Below, piece by piece: positions 9,061 to 19,100 of a DNA stretch of 64,000 nt. Positions within the stretch are counted from its first letter, which is position 1, and each line of letters opens with the position of its first letter. Position numbers and translations under genes: made by a program. Origin of the DNA: Oligoflexales bacterium (GTDB lineage Bacteria; Bdellovibrionota_B; Oligoflexia; Oligoflexales; JAPPIL01); contig OZ244057.1 in the NCBI GenBank assembly GCA_965215515.1, forward strand, positions 224,001 to 288,000, in the 5' to 3' direction. The notes under the pieces are model-generated. The model saw nothing but the letters and a program-made list of their open reading frames with translations, made no database searches and was not told the origin of the DNA.

Positions 9061-10056
9061 CTAACCTGCACGCCGTGCGATACGGGTGCGCCAGTTAGCT
9101 ATCAGTGGACTGTCAGGGGCATGTTTGCTGACTGCTTCCAGTTCCTCGCTGGCAGCATCAAGATCTCCCCGCTGGTAAAATTCTTTCACAATCTCAAGAT
9201 GAGTACGGAGGAGAAGAGCACGGTGGCTTGGTAAGCCCTTATCATCAGCAGACAGTTGGTTGATCTGGGTCTCATATGCCGCGACTGATTTGCGGTAGGT
9301 GGCTATGGCTTTGTCTGAGTTGCCACGGCGTGCATATGTGTTGGCGAGGCTGGAGAGAATGTGGGGGTTGTGCGGTTGTCCTGCTGCGGCGTTCTCGATA
9401 TACCCGACCGCTTCGTCTCCACGTCCGTCGGAGAGCAGCATCTGCCCGATGCCCAGGGAAAGAAAAGAGGCATCTTTGGGCGAGGCATCCTTCTGTAAAC
9501 TCTGCATGAACTGCATGCAATGCTCGACACTGTCTTGTTCGGCACAGATAGCAGCCAGCTCTGCCAACACCAAGCGGTTGGATGGGTTGACCTGCAGTGT
9601 TCGTTCCAACCAAGGTATGGCGGCGGCTGCATCCTTGTAGTCGATCAGGTGTATCATGCTGACCTCAATCAACGCTCTCTCGTTCTTGGGATCTCGGTTG
9701 ATAATCTTTTCCAAAATTGCCAGTGCATCGTCGGGGTTGCCGCCATCGACTAACTCGATCGCTTTTTTGAGTTCCTCATCGTTCGGTGCGATCTCTGTTG
9801 GGGGCGGGGTACTATCGGCTACAACCTCAGTATTTTCGCGGCGAGGAAGAGACTGTGTTTCCTCGTGCTCATCACGCAGCGGACGCACACGCGTCTTCTG
9901 GCGCAACAGCTGTGTTTCTTCACTGGCGAGCGAGGGCAATTCACTTTGTTCCTTTTCGGGCGCAAAATAAACCAACAGGGCGACGAAAATCGCCAGCGCG
10001 GCGACGAGCAATACCAGCGACCCCAGAAACTTAACCTCGTTACGACTCTTGTCCAT
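9061..10056 (-). CDS. Membrane-anchored tetratricopeptide repeat protein
   Basis: N-terminal TM helix; TPR-like helices (AIPWLERTLQVNPSN, AIATYRKSV); coupled to htpG. Confidence 0.85.
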   Translation of the reverse strand: MDKSRNEVKFLGSLVLLVAALAIFVALLVYFAPEKEQSELPSLASEETQLLRQKTRVRPLRDEHEETQSLPRRENTEVVADSTPPPTEIAPNDEELKKAIELVDGGNPDDALAILEKIINRDPKNERALIEVSMIHLIDYKDAAAAIPWLERTLQVNPSNRLVLAELAAICAEQDSVEHCMQFMQSLQKDASPKDASFLSLGIGQMLLSDGRGDEAVGYIENAAAGQPHNPHILSSLANTYARRGNSDKAIATYRKSVAAYETQINQLSADDKGLPSHRALLLRTHLEIVKEFYQRGDLDAASEELEAVSKHAPDSPLIANWRTRIARRAG

Positions 10057-10059
10057 TCG

Positions 10060-11922
10060 CTAGCCCTCGATAATAAGCCCCGCACCGCCGCCCCCCATCC
10101 GTTCGAGGATAGCAGCAGAGCGCGTGATGAAATCCTTCATCATGTGAGACGGTAAACGTTCGTGCTGCAAACAAGCGAGGTCGTAAATCTGATTGACCAT
10201 CAACGCTATGTCTTTCTCCTTGTCGGGTAACGTCGCCACCGTGAGCAGTTTTTTGATCGCCCCGTTGTTTTGATTGACCACCAGTGTATGCTCGCTCGCC
10301 AACGGGCTGTAGTGTTCCTGTCGCTGTTCCAAGCGTGCCATCTCTGCAAAACGGCGCGCATTTTCGTCAAAAATCAACATGGCGGGCACATCTGTTGATT
10401 TGAGGTTTTTGACTTGCACCTTGACCTTCGGTCTTGTCAGTGCCCTCCGAAACAAATCACCGACCCTCTCGCTCTCATCCTTGTTGTCATGCGGGTCGAC
10501 GATCTTGCTCGCCGCTTTGGTCAGGTTAGAGGTAATATCGCTGTCGATGCGCTGAAAACGATACTTACGAGCACTACGTTGCTCGACAAAGGACATGAAA
10601 TGCCCATCTATCAAGGTATTGGCAATAATCACGTCGATACCCTCATCGGTGAACATCTGCACGTAAGCAGCCTGTGCATTGATGTCACTGGCATAAACGA
10701 TCTTGCCGTCTGTCTTGTCTTTGTTTTTTTCCACATAGGAATCGAGAGTGAGGAAACCACCCGCAGCGGTTTCGTATATAACGTGCGGCAGCAGCTTGTC
10801 GTGAAAAGTTTCATCGCGCAGCATGCCGTATTTAATCAGGGTGTGCATGTCAGGCCAGTATTTTTGAAAATCTTCCGCGGCCGTCTTCGCCATACCTGCC
10901 AGACGATCAGCTACTTTCTTGCTCACATGTTGAGAAATTTTGCGCACCTGCTGGTCGTTTTGCAGGTGACTGCGAGATACGTTAAGCGGCAGGTCGGGAC
11001 AGTCAAGTGCACCCTTCAACAACATCAGATACTCAGGGATCAATGCCTTGACGTTGTCATCGACAAACACTTGATTGCAATAGAGCTTGACCTCCCCCTG
11101 CGCGGCATCCAATTCGTGCTGCAAACGCGGAAAATATAGTACACCCTGCAGTACAAAGGGGTAATCGACGTTGAGATGTATCCAGAACAGCGGGTCGGGG
11201 CTGCTAGGGAACAAGCGATGAAAAAAATCCAGATAGTCTTTGTCACCCAACTGCGCGGGGGACTTCGTCCACAGCGGGGCGGGATCGTTGACTGTCTTGC
11301 CCGCCAAGCGGATGGGATACTTGATGAAGGCACAATACTTGCGCAGAATGGCTTGCAAAGTCGCCTCTTGCAACATCTCGCTCGCCTCGTCGCTGATATG
11401 AAGGATAACCGCGGTGCCGTGTTCCTGACGTGGCGAGGGGGCAAGACTGAAGGTGACCGAGCCATCGCATGACCAGCGTACCGCCTCCGTGTTCGGCCGA
11501 CAGGATAACGTGTCGATCTCCACTCGCCTGGCCACCATGAAGCTCGAATAAAAGCCCAGGCCAAAATGCCCGATCACCTGCTGGCTAGCCTCCTTGTCCT
11601 GGTACTTGGCAACGAAATCCTGTAAGCCAGAGAAGGCCACCTGATTGATGTAACGCTTGACTTCAGCCGCAGTCATGCCGATGCCAGTGTCGATGATAGT
11701 CAGGGTTTTCGCCTCCCGATCACAAACGATGGTGATAGCAAACTCGACCAACTCCCGCGTCTCTTCACCCAGCATGCTCAGCTTGTGCAACTTGTGCATC
11801 GCATCCGCCGCGTTAGCCACCAACTCGCGCAGAAAAATCTCTTTCTCGGAATACAGCCACTTCTTGATGATAGGCAGAATATTCTCTGCGTCGATGGCAA
11901 TTTGCCCCGTCTCGGCACTCAT
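10060..11922 (-). CDS. htpG: Molecular chaperone HtpG (Hsp90)
   Basis: LYSEKEIFLRELVANA, DTGIGMT, IGHFGLGFYSSF, DLPLNVSRS. Confidence 0.98.
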   Translation of the reverse strand: MSAETGQIAIDAENILPIIKKWLYSEKEIFLRELVANAADAMHKLHKLSMLGEETRELVEFAITIVCDREAKTLTIIDTGIGMTAAEVKRYINQVAFSGLQDFVAKYQDKEASQQVIGHFGLGFYSSFMVARRVEIDTLSCRPNTEAVRWSCDGSVTFSLAPSPRQEHGTAVILHISDEASEMLQEATLQAILRKYCAFIKYPIRLAGKTVNDPAPLWTKSPAQLGDKDYLDFFHRLFPSSPDPLFWIHLNVDYPFVLQGVLYFPRLQHELDAAQGEVKLYCNQVFVDDNVKALIPEYLMLLKGALDCPDLPLNVSRSHLQNDQQVRKISQHVSKKVADRLAGMAKTAAEDFQKYWPDMHTLIKYGMLRDETFHDKLLPHVIYETAAGGFLTLDSYVEKNKDKTDGKIVYASDINAQAAYVQMFTDEGIDVIIANTLIDGHFMSFVEQRSARKYRFQRIDSDITSNLTKAASKIVDPHDNKDESERVGDLFRRALTRPKVKVQVKNLKSTDVPAMLIFDENARRFAEMARLEQRQEHYSPLASEHTLVVNQNNGAIKKLLTVATLPDKEKDIALMVNQIYDLACLQHERLPSHMMKDFITRSAAILERMGGGGAGLIIEG

Positions 11923-12002
11923 GTTCTTTTCGCTCTTTCCTCTGTGATTTCAGACAGCCACAGGTGGCTAGCACTACACCTGTGCCACAACCGTCGCCCG
12001 CC

Positions 12003-12031
12003 AGTATAGCACACTGACAGTATTTTGGCAA
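12003..12031 (-). promoter_or_regulatory. sigma70-type promoter for htpG
   Basis: Minus strand TTGCCA-N17-TATACT with extended TG. Confidence 0.6.
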
Positions 12032-12165
12032 CCCCCGCACCTACGACGACAGGCGCGCGTTTTTTGTCTGCCAACGAGGCGTTCCCCTCGGGTGTGTCAT
12101 TATCGTAGCACCCCCCACAGCCTCTGTCAATAGAAAAAGTTAGTCAGGCACTACAAAAAAGGAAG

Positions 12166-13081
12166 ACAGACAAAACACCGCAAAATCAGGCCTTCCGTCG
12201 CCCAAAAAATTAAATTAAGCGCCCTACCCACGGAAGTCAGGACATGCTACTCTTTTTTCAATTCGCCCCATCTGACAATCTTTTTATCTTGTGGCTCGAC
12301 TGGCAGGGTTAGAGGGTGCTGCAGCAACAAGGAAATCATGTGTTCGAGTTCAGCCTCACGTGCAATTTTCAATGCACTACTGCCTTGCTTGTTACGCAAA
12401 AAAGGCTTGATATCCTTATGTGCTAGTAATTTTTTCACCACCTTTACTTGTTCATGCATGACTGCATAATGCAAGGCAGTGAAGCCACCATCATCTTGTT
12501 CGTTGACATCGATGGTCGGGTCTTCGTCAAGCATTTGGACAGCGTACTCACTGTGCCTTTTCCTCTCCCCTCTCTATGTCGGTGCGACGATAAACAAAAC
12601 GATCAGTCAGAGGGCGCGGCAAATTCAATTCTCGCAAAGGCTCTATCCATACCCGCAACGTTTCACTAATCAATGCCTCTAGCTCAGCACTGTTTTGTTT
12701 TTCTCCCACCGTACAAGCTTCCCCGTAGCGGTAACTTATCATCCACTGTGGCTGGTGAATTCTCTTCGATAAGGTTTCAACCGCCCGCAGATTGAATGAT
12801 AGTACAAACTTTGGTGCAGCTAGCTCGCTCTTGATGATGCAGCTGCTCAACATGATGACGAGAAAGAAAATTACGCATTGTGTTATCTTACTACGGTTTT
12901 GATAAAGACAGATCACAAGCCTCCCCTCCTACTCAAGGTAGATCACAAGATCATTTATATTTTCTCCTGAAGGGCAAAGATTATTTAATCCGCCTCTGAT
13001 TCTAGCTGCAGTTATAAAATCATGCATGTTACCTTCTTTTTTCCCAGCCTCTGTAGCACAATTAAGTAGTGTTTGTAGAGC
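12166..13081 (-). pseudogene. Inverted, internally deleted copy of 19190..20554 (pilin 3' tail plus metalloprotease-ankyrin gene lacking its catalytic core)
   Basis: ORFs 12929..13138, 12548..12916 and 12247..12534 reproduce the partner proteins; 449-bp deletion between AGGCA microhomologies at 19713 and 20162. Confidence 0.93.
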
Positions 13082-13275
13082 GTCCCGCTTGTTTTTAAGT
13101 ATTGACCATTGTTCATCTGTGAGTACAATGCCTCTCATGGGTAAACCTCTGGAAATTATTGTTGTATCTTTCCATATGATGCAGGTTTGCCCTACTAATT
13201 ACAAGTGGTTACCACACACAAAAATCATTAAACGAAACGGCGACACGCCCTAATACTTGCTGTTATCATCACTAG

Positions 13276-14283
13276 ATGACAGACGACGAAAACCAGAAAG
13301 GGATCTTAGCTATGTCAATACATGCTTTGCATAATGCCCTGTTCGTTGCCGTGTTCACCGGCAACGAACAAATGGCTGTGGAAATAATCAAGTACCTGTT
13401 AGGAAAGGAAAGAGCCGCTCACTTTATTTTCAAAACACTTGCATTCCAAGCGACGGTGTTCACCGACGCGGAAGGTAAGGAGAGGCGTGCCGACACCGTT
13501 ATCTCGGTGATGACCAAGGATGGACGGCGGGTGGTGTTTCTCATCGAACACAAAAGCACCCAAAGCAGAGATCTCTTCCCCCAACTGCTCTCATATCAAA
13601 CCATTCTCTACACAAACGCTAGCGACGAGATCGTGCCTATCGTTATCTCCACAGCAAAGAAACAATGGAGACTACCACAACGTTTTCGCTCCACCTCCGA
13701 CAACATATGCGGGGAGGTAACACTCAATTTCGGCTACCTGCTGCTTGATCTAGCGGCTCTTCCCAGAGAGGTATTGCAAGCTGAATTTCCGCAGTCATAC
13801 CCCTACCTGCTGGCCTGGCAAAGTCTGCAACAGTTGAACAAAGAGGCGATCGAGGCGTTTTTTGTCGGCAGTCTTGCCCTGCGCAAGGAGGAAAGGTTAA
13901 GATTAATGGGTCAGGTGACCAACTGCCTCACCGAATCCAGTGGCAACTTCAGTATGAATGTGCTAGAGAGGATCGAGGCTGGTTGTATCAAGAAAATAAA
14001 GGATAGGTTGATGCGCACCGTCAAAATTGGTCAAGAAGGTTGGCTAGAACAGGGCTTCAAGAGGGGACTGGCCGAAGGCAAGGCCGAAGGCAAGGCCGAA
14101 GGCAAGGCCGAAGGCAAGGCCGAAGGCAAGGCCGAAGGCGAAGCCAAAGGCAAGGCCGAGGAACGTTACGAGATCGCACTCCGTATGCTAAAGGAGGGCG
14201 AGCTTGAAGCTAAAATCCGCCGCATCACTGGCATAACCAAAAAAGAAATAGCGTCGCTACAGCGTGGCCTAAAAACGAAGTAG
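13276..14283 (+). CDS. Rpn family nuclease (rpn-2)
   Basis: LHNALF, RRADTV, FLIEHKSTQ, (AEGK)n repeats; alternative start 13312. Confidence 0.92.
   Translation: MTDDENQKGILAMSIHALHNALFVAVFTGNEQMAVEIIKYLLGKERAAHFIFKTLAFQATVFTDAEGKERRADTVISVMTKDGRRVVFLIEHKSTQSRDLFPQLLSYQTILYTNASDEIVPIVISTAKKQWRLPQRFRSTSDNICGEVTLNFGYLLLDLAALPREVLQAEFPQSYPYLLAWQSLQQLNKEAIEAFFVGSLALRKEERLRLMGQVTNCLTESSGNFSMNVLERIEAGCIKKIKDRLMRTVKIGQEGWLEQGFKRGLAEGKAEGKAEGKAEGKAEGKAEGEAKGKAEERYEIALRMLKEGELEAKIRRITGITKKEIASLQRGLKTK
14011..14283 (+). CDS. Predicted internal RpnS-type antitoxin (90 aa)
   Basis: AAGGATAGG before an in-frame ATG at 14011. Confidence 0.5.
   Translation: MRTVKIGQEGWLEQGFKRGLAEGKAEGKAEGKAEGKAEGKAEGEAKGKAEERYEIALRMLKEGELEAKIRRITGITKKEIASLQRGLKTK
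14071..14154 (+). repeat. 12-bp tandem repeat GCCGAAGGCAAG encoding AEGK
   Basis: Five perfect copies (14071-14130) plus two degenerate ones. Confidence 0.95.
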
Positions 14284-14394
14284 GGATGAGTTCAACTCAT
14301 CGTCTATAAAATAATAGTTTAATGAACGACTTCTCCACAGCCTCCCACCCTAATGATTTCAGGCAGTTACAACTTAGTGGAGGAAGGGGGTTTT

Positions 14395-15646
14395 GTCAAC
14401 TACCACCAGCACAAGGCTGGTGGCTTGCGGCTGATCAGGCGGTAAGCCTGATCGCTGCTATTGGCCGATTGACTGCGGCCTGCCCTTCCCTAATAGAGAG
14501 GGATTTTATGTTGAGAGAAGCGTTGATATCGGCGTGATTGTGATACGCACAGTAACCACATCTATACCAACTGCCTCTGCGGTGCGATTTCTTAATCTCA
14601 CCGCAGTCAAAGCATCGATGCGAGGTATACCTCGCATCGATCTTCTCAACTGTCTTGCCTCGTTCTTCAGCCCTAAATCAATGCCAAGACTCCTGCCAAC
14701 CACTGCCGCGGGAGCTTCGTGCTTGAAGGATACACATGCCCACCAGCTACCCCCCTCAAACTTTAGCACCATGCCCTGCACTTTTCCCGCGACAGACTTG
14801 CGCTAAAACGGCAGCACCGTTATCGCCTCCTGTCGCACACCCGAAAGAGTAGAATATCTGATGGCATTGCCCTTGAAACTAAAGCATCTGTTGTTAATTG
14901 CCATCGTTAGCGACTTTTTCTTGAGCTGCTTGTGTTTCCCCCTATGTATCTCAAACCGTTTAGCTACGGCACTGGCATGATCACGCACCGACTGAATCTG
15001 CGCCGACTTGAGCAACGGAAAGCGCTTCCTCGCCGCACGATAGGTCGCATGATGCAGTTTGTTTTTGTCGTATGTGCCAAGTCTTCCAATCTCGTCAAGA
15101 TACCAGTCAAACAGAGATACAGACTGTTCTACCATCGGTTCAGCAGAAAAGTTAGGCAACTTGAATTTGACAGTGCGGATCATATTCATATACTATCTAG
15201 ATGGAGTGTCTGTCAAGTTCTCATGCAAAACACAGTATTGGCTACCACGTTATTTTTTGTCCAAAATTCAGAAACACCGTGTTCCATGAGCCTATGGCTA
15301 CCAGCCTGAAAAATATCTTGCATCAGACGGCAGTTCACTATGGCTGGATTATCCACGCCCTAGAAATCATGCCTGGCCATGTGCACATATTTGTGCAGAG
15401 CGATCACACGACAGCGCCAATGGTTATCGCCAAAACACTAAAGTCCATCTCAGCAGTCGATTTGTTCAACAGGTATTCGCATCTTAAGCAACGTAGCTTT
15501 TGGGGCAGTGGTCTATGGTCGAAAGGGACATTCTATTCTACCGTGGGACATGTCTCTAAAGAGGTTGTGCAGAAATACATCGCAGACCAAAAGCTGCGAG
15601 ATTCCTCCCACCGCACAAGGCGATGGGTTTCCTCTCGAAAAAGTTG
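14395..15646 (-). mobile_element. IS200/IS605 family element (divergent tnpA and tnpB)
   Basis: Subterminal hairpins CCACCAGC-acaag-GCTGGTGG and CCCACCGC-acaag-GCGATGGG; right end GTAGTTGAC; TCAT precedes the inferred left end; no target duplication. Confidence 0.88.
14435..15189 (-). pseudogene. tnpB: Inactivated TnpB
   Basis: IRTVKFKL N-terminus; in-frame TAG at 14803-14805; RuvC-I LGIDLGLK; deletion/frameshift joining to YTSHRCFDCG..CGYC..HADINAS (Zn ribbon, RuvC-III). Confidence 0.88.
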
Positions 15647-15647
15647 A
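15201..15647 (+). CDS. tnpA: IS200/IS605 Y1 transposase TnpA
   Basis: YHVIFCPKFR, HVH (HUH), LWSKGTF, YIADQ. Confidence 0.95.
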   Translation: MECLSSSHAKHSIGYHVIFCPKFRNTVFHEPMATSLKNILHQTAVHYGWIIHALEIMPGHVHIFVQSDHTTAPMVIAKTLKSISAVDLFNRYSHLKQRSFWGSGLWSKGTFYSTVGHVSKEVVQKYIADQKLRDSSHRTRRWVSSRKS

Positions 15648-15652
15648 TGACT

Positions 15653-15931
15653 TTAGTCCTTCAATGCCTTTTTAATTGCAGCTAATTTTTTGCTGTTGAG
15701 CCGCAGAACGTTACAAATCTGCTCATCAGGTATGCCTATTGCCAGCATGCGTTCAGCTAACACATTGAGCATAAACTCTCGCTCCTGTTGTGGCAACAGG
15801 CGTGCCTTCTTGAGAATCTTGACCACTACCTCTTCGTCCATATCCCAGTAGTTACGTATGCCGAACAACGCCAAGCTCACCACCTCGCCTCCTCGTCGCA
15901 TGCGACAGTAGGATAAATCGTGTAAGTTCAC
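15653..15931 (-). pseudogene. Rpn fragment: near-identical internal piece of rpn-1 joined to a different C-terminal tail
   Basis: NLHDLSY...EFMLNVL matches ~6222-6396, then jumps to AERMLAIGIPDEQICNV. Confidence 0.85.
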
Positions 15932-16189
15932 TGGTGGAAGGTTTCCAGTGAAGGCTATTTGTCGTGCTTTAGAGGCATATCTACACCCCTGAGGTTAATT
16001 AAGTTTCTGTACCAACTTTTTTCAAAAAGTTGTGCGGGGTATGGGGCAGCGCCCCATCTTCCCTCTCTCCCGCAATATTGCAGGTAGACAATGGTAATTT
16101 GGGGGTTTTGGCAACGTAACTAAAGTAAAAAAAAAAACGACGATGATGTTCGCGCGGGGAGGTTTTGTTTTTAGCCAAAAAAAAGGGAA

Positions 16190-19100
16190 GTGGTGCGGAC
16201 GAGAGCGGGTTTAAGTTTGGTGGAGTTGATGGTCGCGGTGGCGGTTATCGGCATTTTGGTGGCCTTGGCGCTGCCGCGTTATCATGCTTTCTTGGCGCAG
16301 GCACGGCGGGGGGAGGCGAAGAGCAACCTCGCCCATCTGGCTAGTCTGCAGGCGGTGTATAAGATCGAGCACTTCAGGTACTACAGTGGCTCCGCGTTGC
16401 TCGCTCCTGATGGTGGTATCGGCTACAAGAATGAGGACGGTACTAGGGGTGATTGTGGGGACTACGCCGATGATCGCGATCTGGGGTTGAATAACCATCT
16501 GGGTTTCCGTCCGCAAGCCTGTGGACAGTTACGTTATTTTTATCAGTTACGTCCTGGTAATGTTGCGGTTGCCTTTGCCTATGCCGATGCTGAGGGCAGG
16601 TATATTTATCCCGATTGTCATGGCGGGGGGAGAGAGGAGTGTGACTATACGCGGGGTGATGCGGTGAGGATGGCGTTGCGCGATGCCAAACCCACGGTCT
16701 GCCGCAACATCACCAAGTACTGCCCCGCGGGAATGGGGACACCACCTCCGCCGCCTCCGCCAACACCAACACCACCGCCTCCGCCACCATGTGATCCGAC
16801 AACACAGTGCTGTGATGGTAATACCGAGGTGGCTAATACATTTAGCTTAACCTGCAACGGGTGGTGGGGGACGTTCAATGATAGTGCCCCTAATAAGGGC
16901 TGCTGTAGGAGATGCGGATGTACTCCTTGGCAGCCTGCGGTGAGTGATAGTAGGACAGATCCCAACGCCTGTGAGGGCGAATCGAGATATGAATATGAAC
17001 CACAGACGAGAACCTGTAGTGGACCGCCTCCCTGTCCAGCAGCAACACGGACTGTGCAACGGACAGTTAGAGGGACAAAGGATTGCACAGGATGTGTATG
17101 TCCTGATTGGCCTGATCTGCCAGCTAGGACGGATCCTAACAGCTGCGAGGACAGGTTTGAGGACGAAACACAGCGTAGAGACTGTACAGGAACACCCCCT
17201 CCAGGCATCACCTGTTCAGAGACGCGCACTGCGCAAAGGAAAGTCAAGGGGGGAATAATGCCCACACCCTGTTCTGGTCTCCTACAATGGGTAGGCGATC
17301 CATACTGTGAGTGCCAGTGTCTATATGCTACTGCTGCAGAAGCTGACATCACCTGCCCCTCTGCCACACCGACTTGGAATTCCACGACCTGCCAGTGCGA
17401 GTGTCCACTTACTGCTACTGATTGCCCACACGGGGTTGATAGTGCTAACTGCACTTGCAGTCCTAAGGATGAAGGCCAAGAATGCCGACAGCGCAACATG
17501 AGCAACTACTGCTGCAGTGAGGAAGGTACTGGTGGTGTCATTCCCAGCGGTGATAACTGTGATGATGCATACACAATCAGCTGGAACACGGACTTGGACC
17601 CAGATGCGTGTGACTGCTCCGCCATTGAAACTGAGGAGCCCGAAGGATGCAAGGAGGACAACCACAATACCCACTACTGCTGCAGCAATGGGGGCGTGCT
17701 TCAAGATGACCCCTGTATAAATCCAACTTCAGACTACACCGTCATCTGGACGGCTCCTACTCTCTGGACGGTGGGTGGGTGCGTGTGTGCGAAAAAGTCG
17801 ATAGAGGAATGCGATGAGAATACTAACAGCAACTACTGCTGCACTAATGCTAGGGTTCATTCTGTCGATATAAGGGATGATATAAGGAATGATGGTGACA
17901 AACGGTGTATGGGGGGCTACACGGTGAATTGGAACGGGAATAGTGTTCCCCCTAGTTGTGAGTGCGCAACAGGAGTTGTTACGCTGCCACCCGAATCCGA
18001 AGGATGCGCTGAGAACACTAACGGTAATTACTGCTGTGATGCTTCTGATAATATGAGCTCTCATGCAGACGGCGGCTGTGGCGATGATTCCCGCAAAGTC
18101 TACTGGAACTCGGCTAGCGGGGAGTGTGAGTGCTCCGAAGAACCGTCAGATGCTGCCGCAACACTCCCCGAAAAAATACCTACTCCCGAGCCCGAAGTGT
18201 GCGATAACCAATGCGAAAAAACTAAATGTGAAGAGGAGAGTCAGGCTCAGTGGTTTGATATTGACAACAGTGACAGTAAAGCCTGTACATGTGAATGCAA
18301 TGATTCCTCCTACAAATGGGTATACCCTCACTCCCGAGGTTATACCCTTACTTCTACGGCAAACAACGTGCTCAATAGCATCACTACTGCACTAGGAATC
18401 GCTCCCCTTAGTTGCAATCAAGAAGGAGCATGTGTGTGTGACGATAGCGAGGCATGCTGCGATGGCGATGCGATAAGAAGCAGCTGTACCGATGAGCCAG
18501 ATAATAATAATTACTATGTTTTACAAAAGTATCCGCACTGCTGTACGGATTGTGAATGCACACTTACATACCGTGATCTCTGTAAAGGTGTAAGCATGCA
18601 GCTGACCCCAGAAAGTGTAATTTGCCGCAATAGCATACCCGAATGCATGACTAAGGGATATAATCTAGCTGCCACTTCTAAATGGGTAGATGGCTCGAAG
18701 GGGACAACTAAACAGGAAGCTTGTAAGGATACTGGGGGAGGTTGGACTAGCAGTGAATCTTGCGATTGTGGAGATGGTAAGACATTTGAATATAAAGAAT
18801 CAGATTGCGAAGGAGGGTGTGTTGCCATGGCACCTTGCCCTGCTCCTAATAAGATGTTAGGTGGGCATTGCTGCCATTCTTCGATCGAGAAAAGTGATTA
18901 CGACAACTGTACCCAGGCTATGGGGGAATGGCGAAATGATTGCACGTGCATCTGTCATGGCGAAAAAGAATTTGTTAAAGATTCTAAAGATAGTGTTTGG
19001 AAGTGTGTATATCAACATACGATATACCAAAATTGTTTTACGCAAGCAACCATAGATGGAAATCAAAACATTGTGTACCTCCCAACTGATCCAAAACATT

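Noticed and set aside
11960..12031. CIRCE operator upstream of htpG
   Set aside because: TAGCAC half-sites exist but not the TTAGCACTC-N9-GAGTGCTAA inverted repeat
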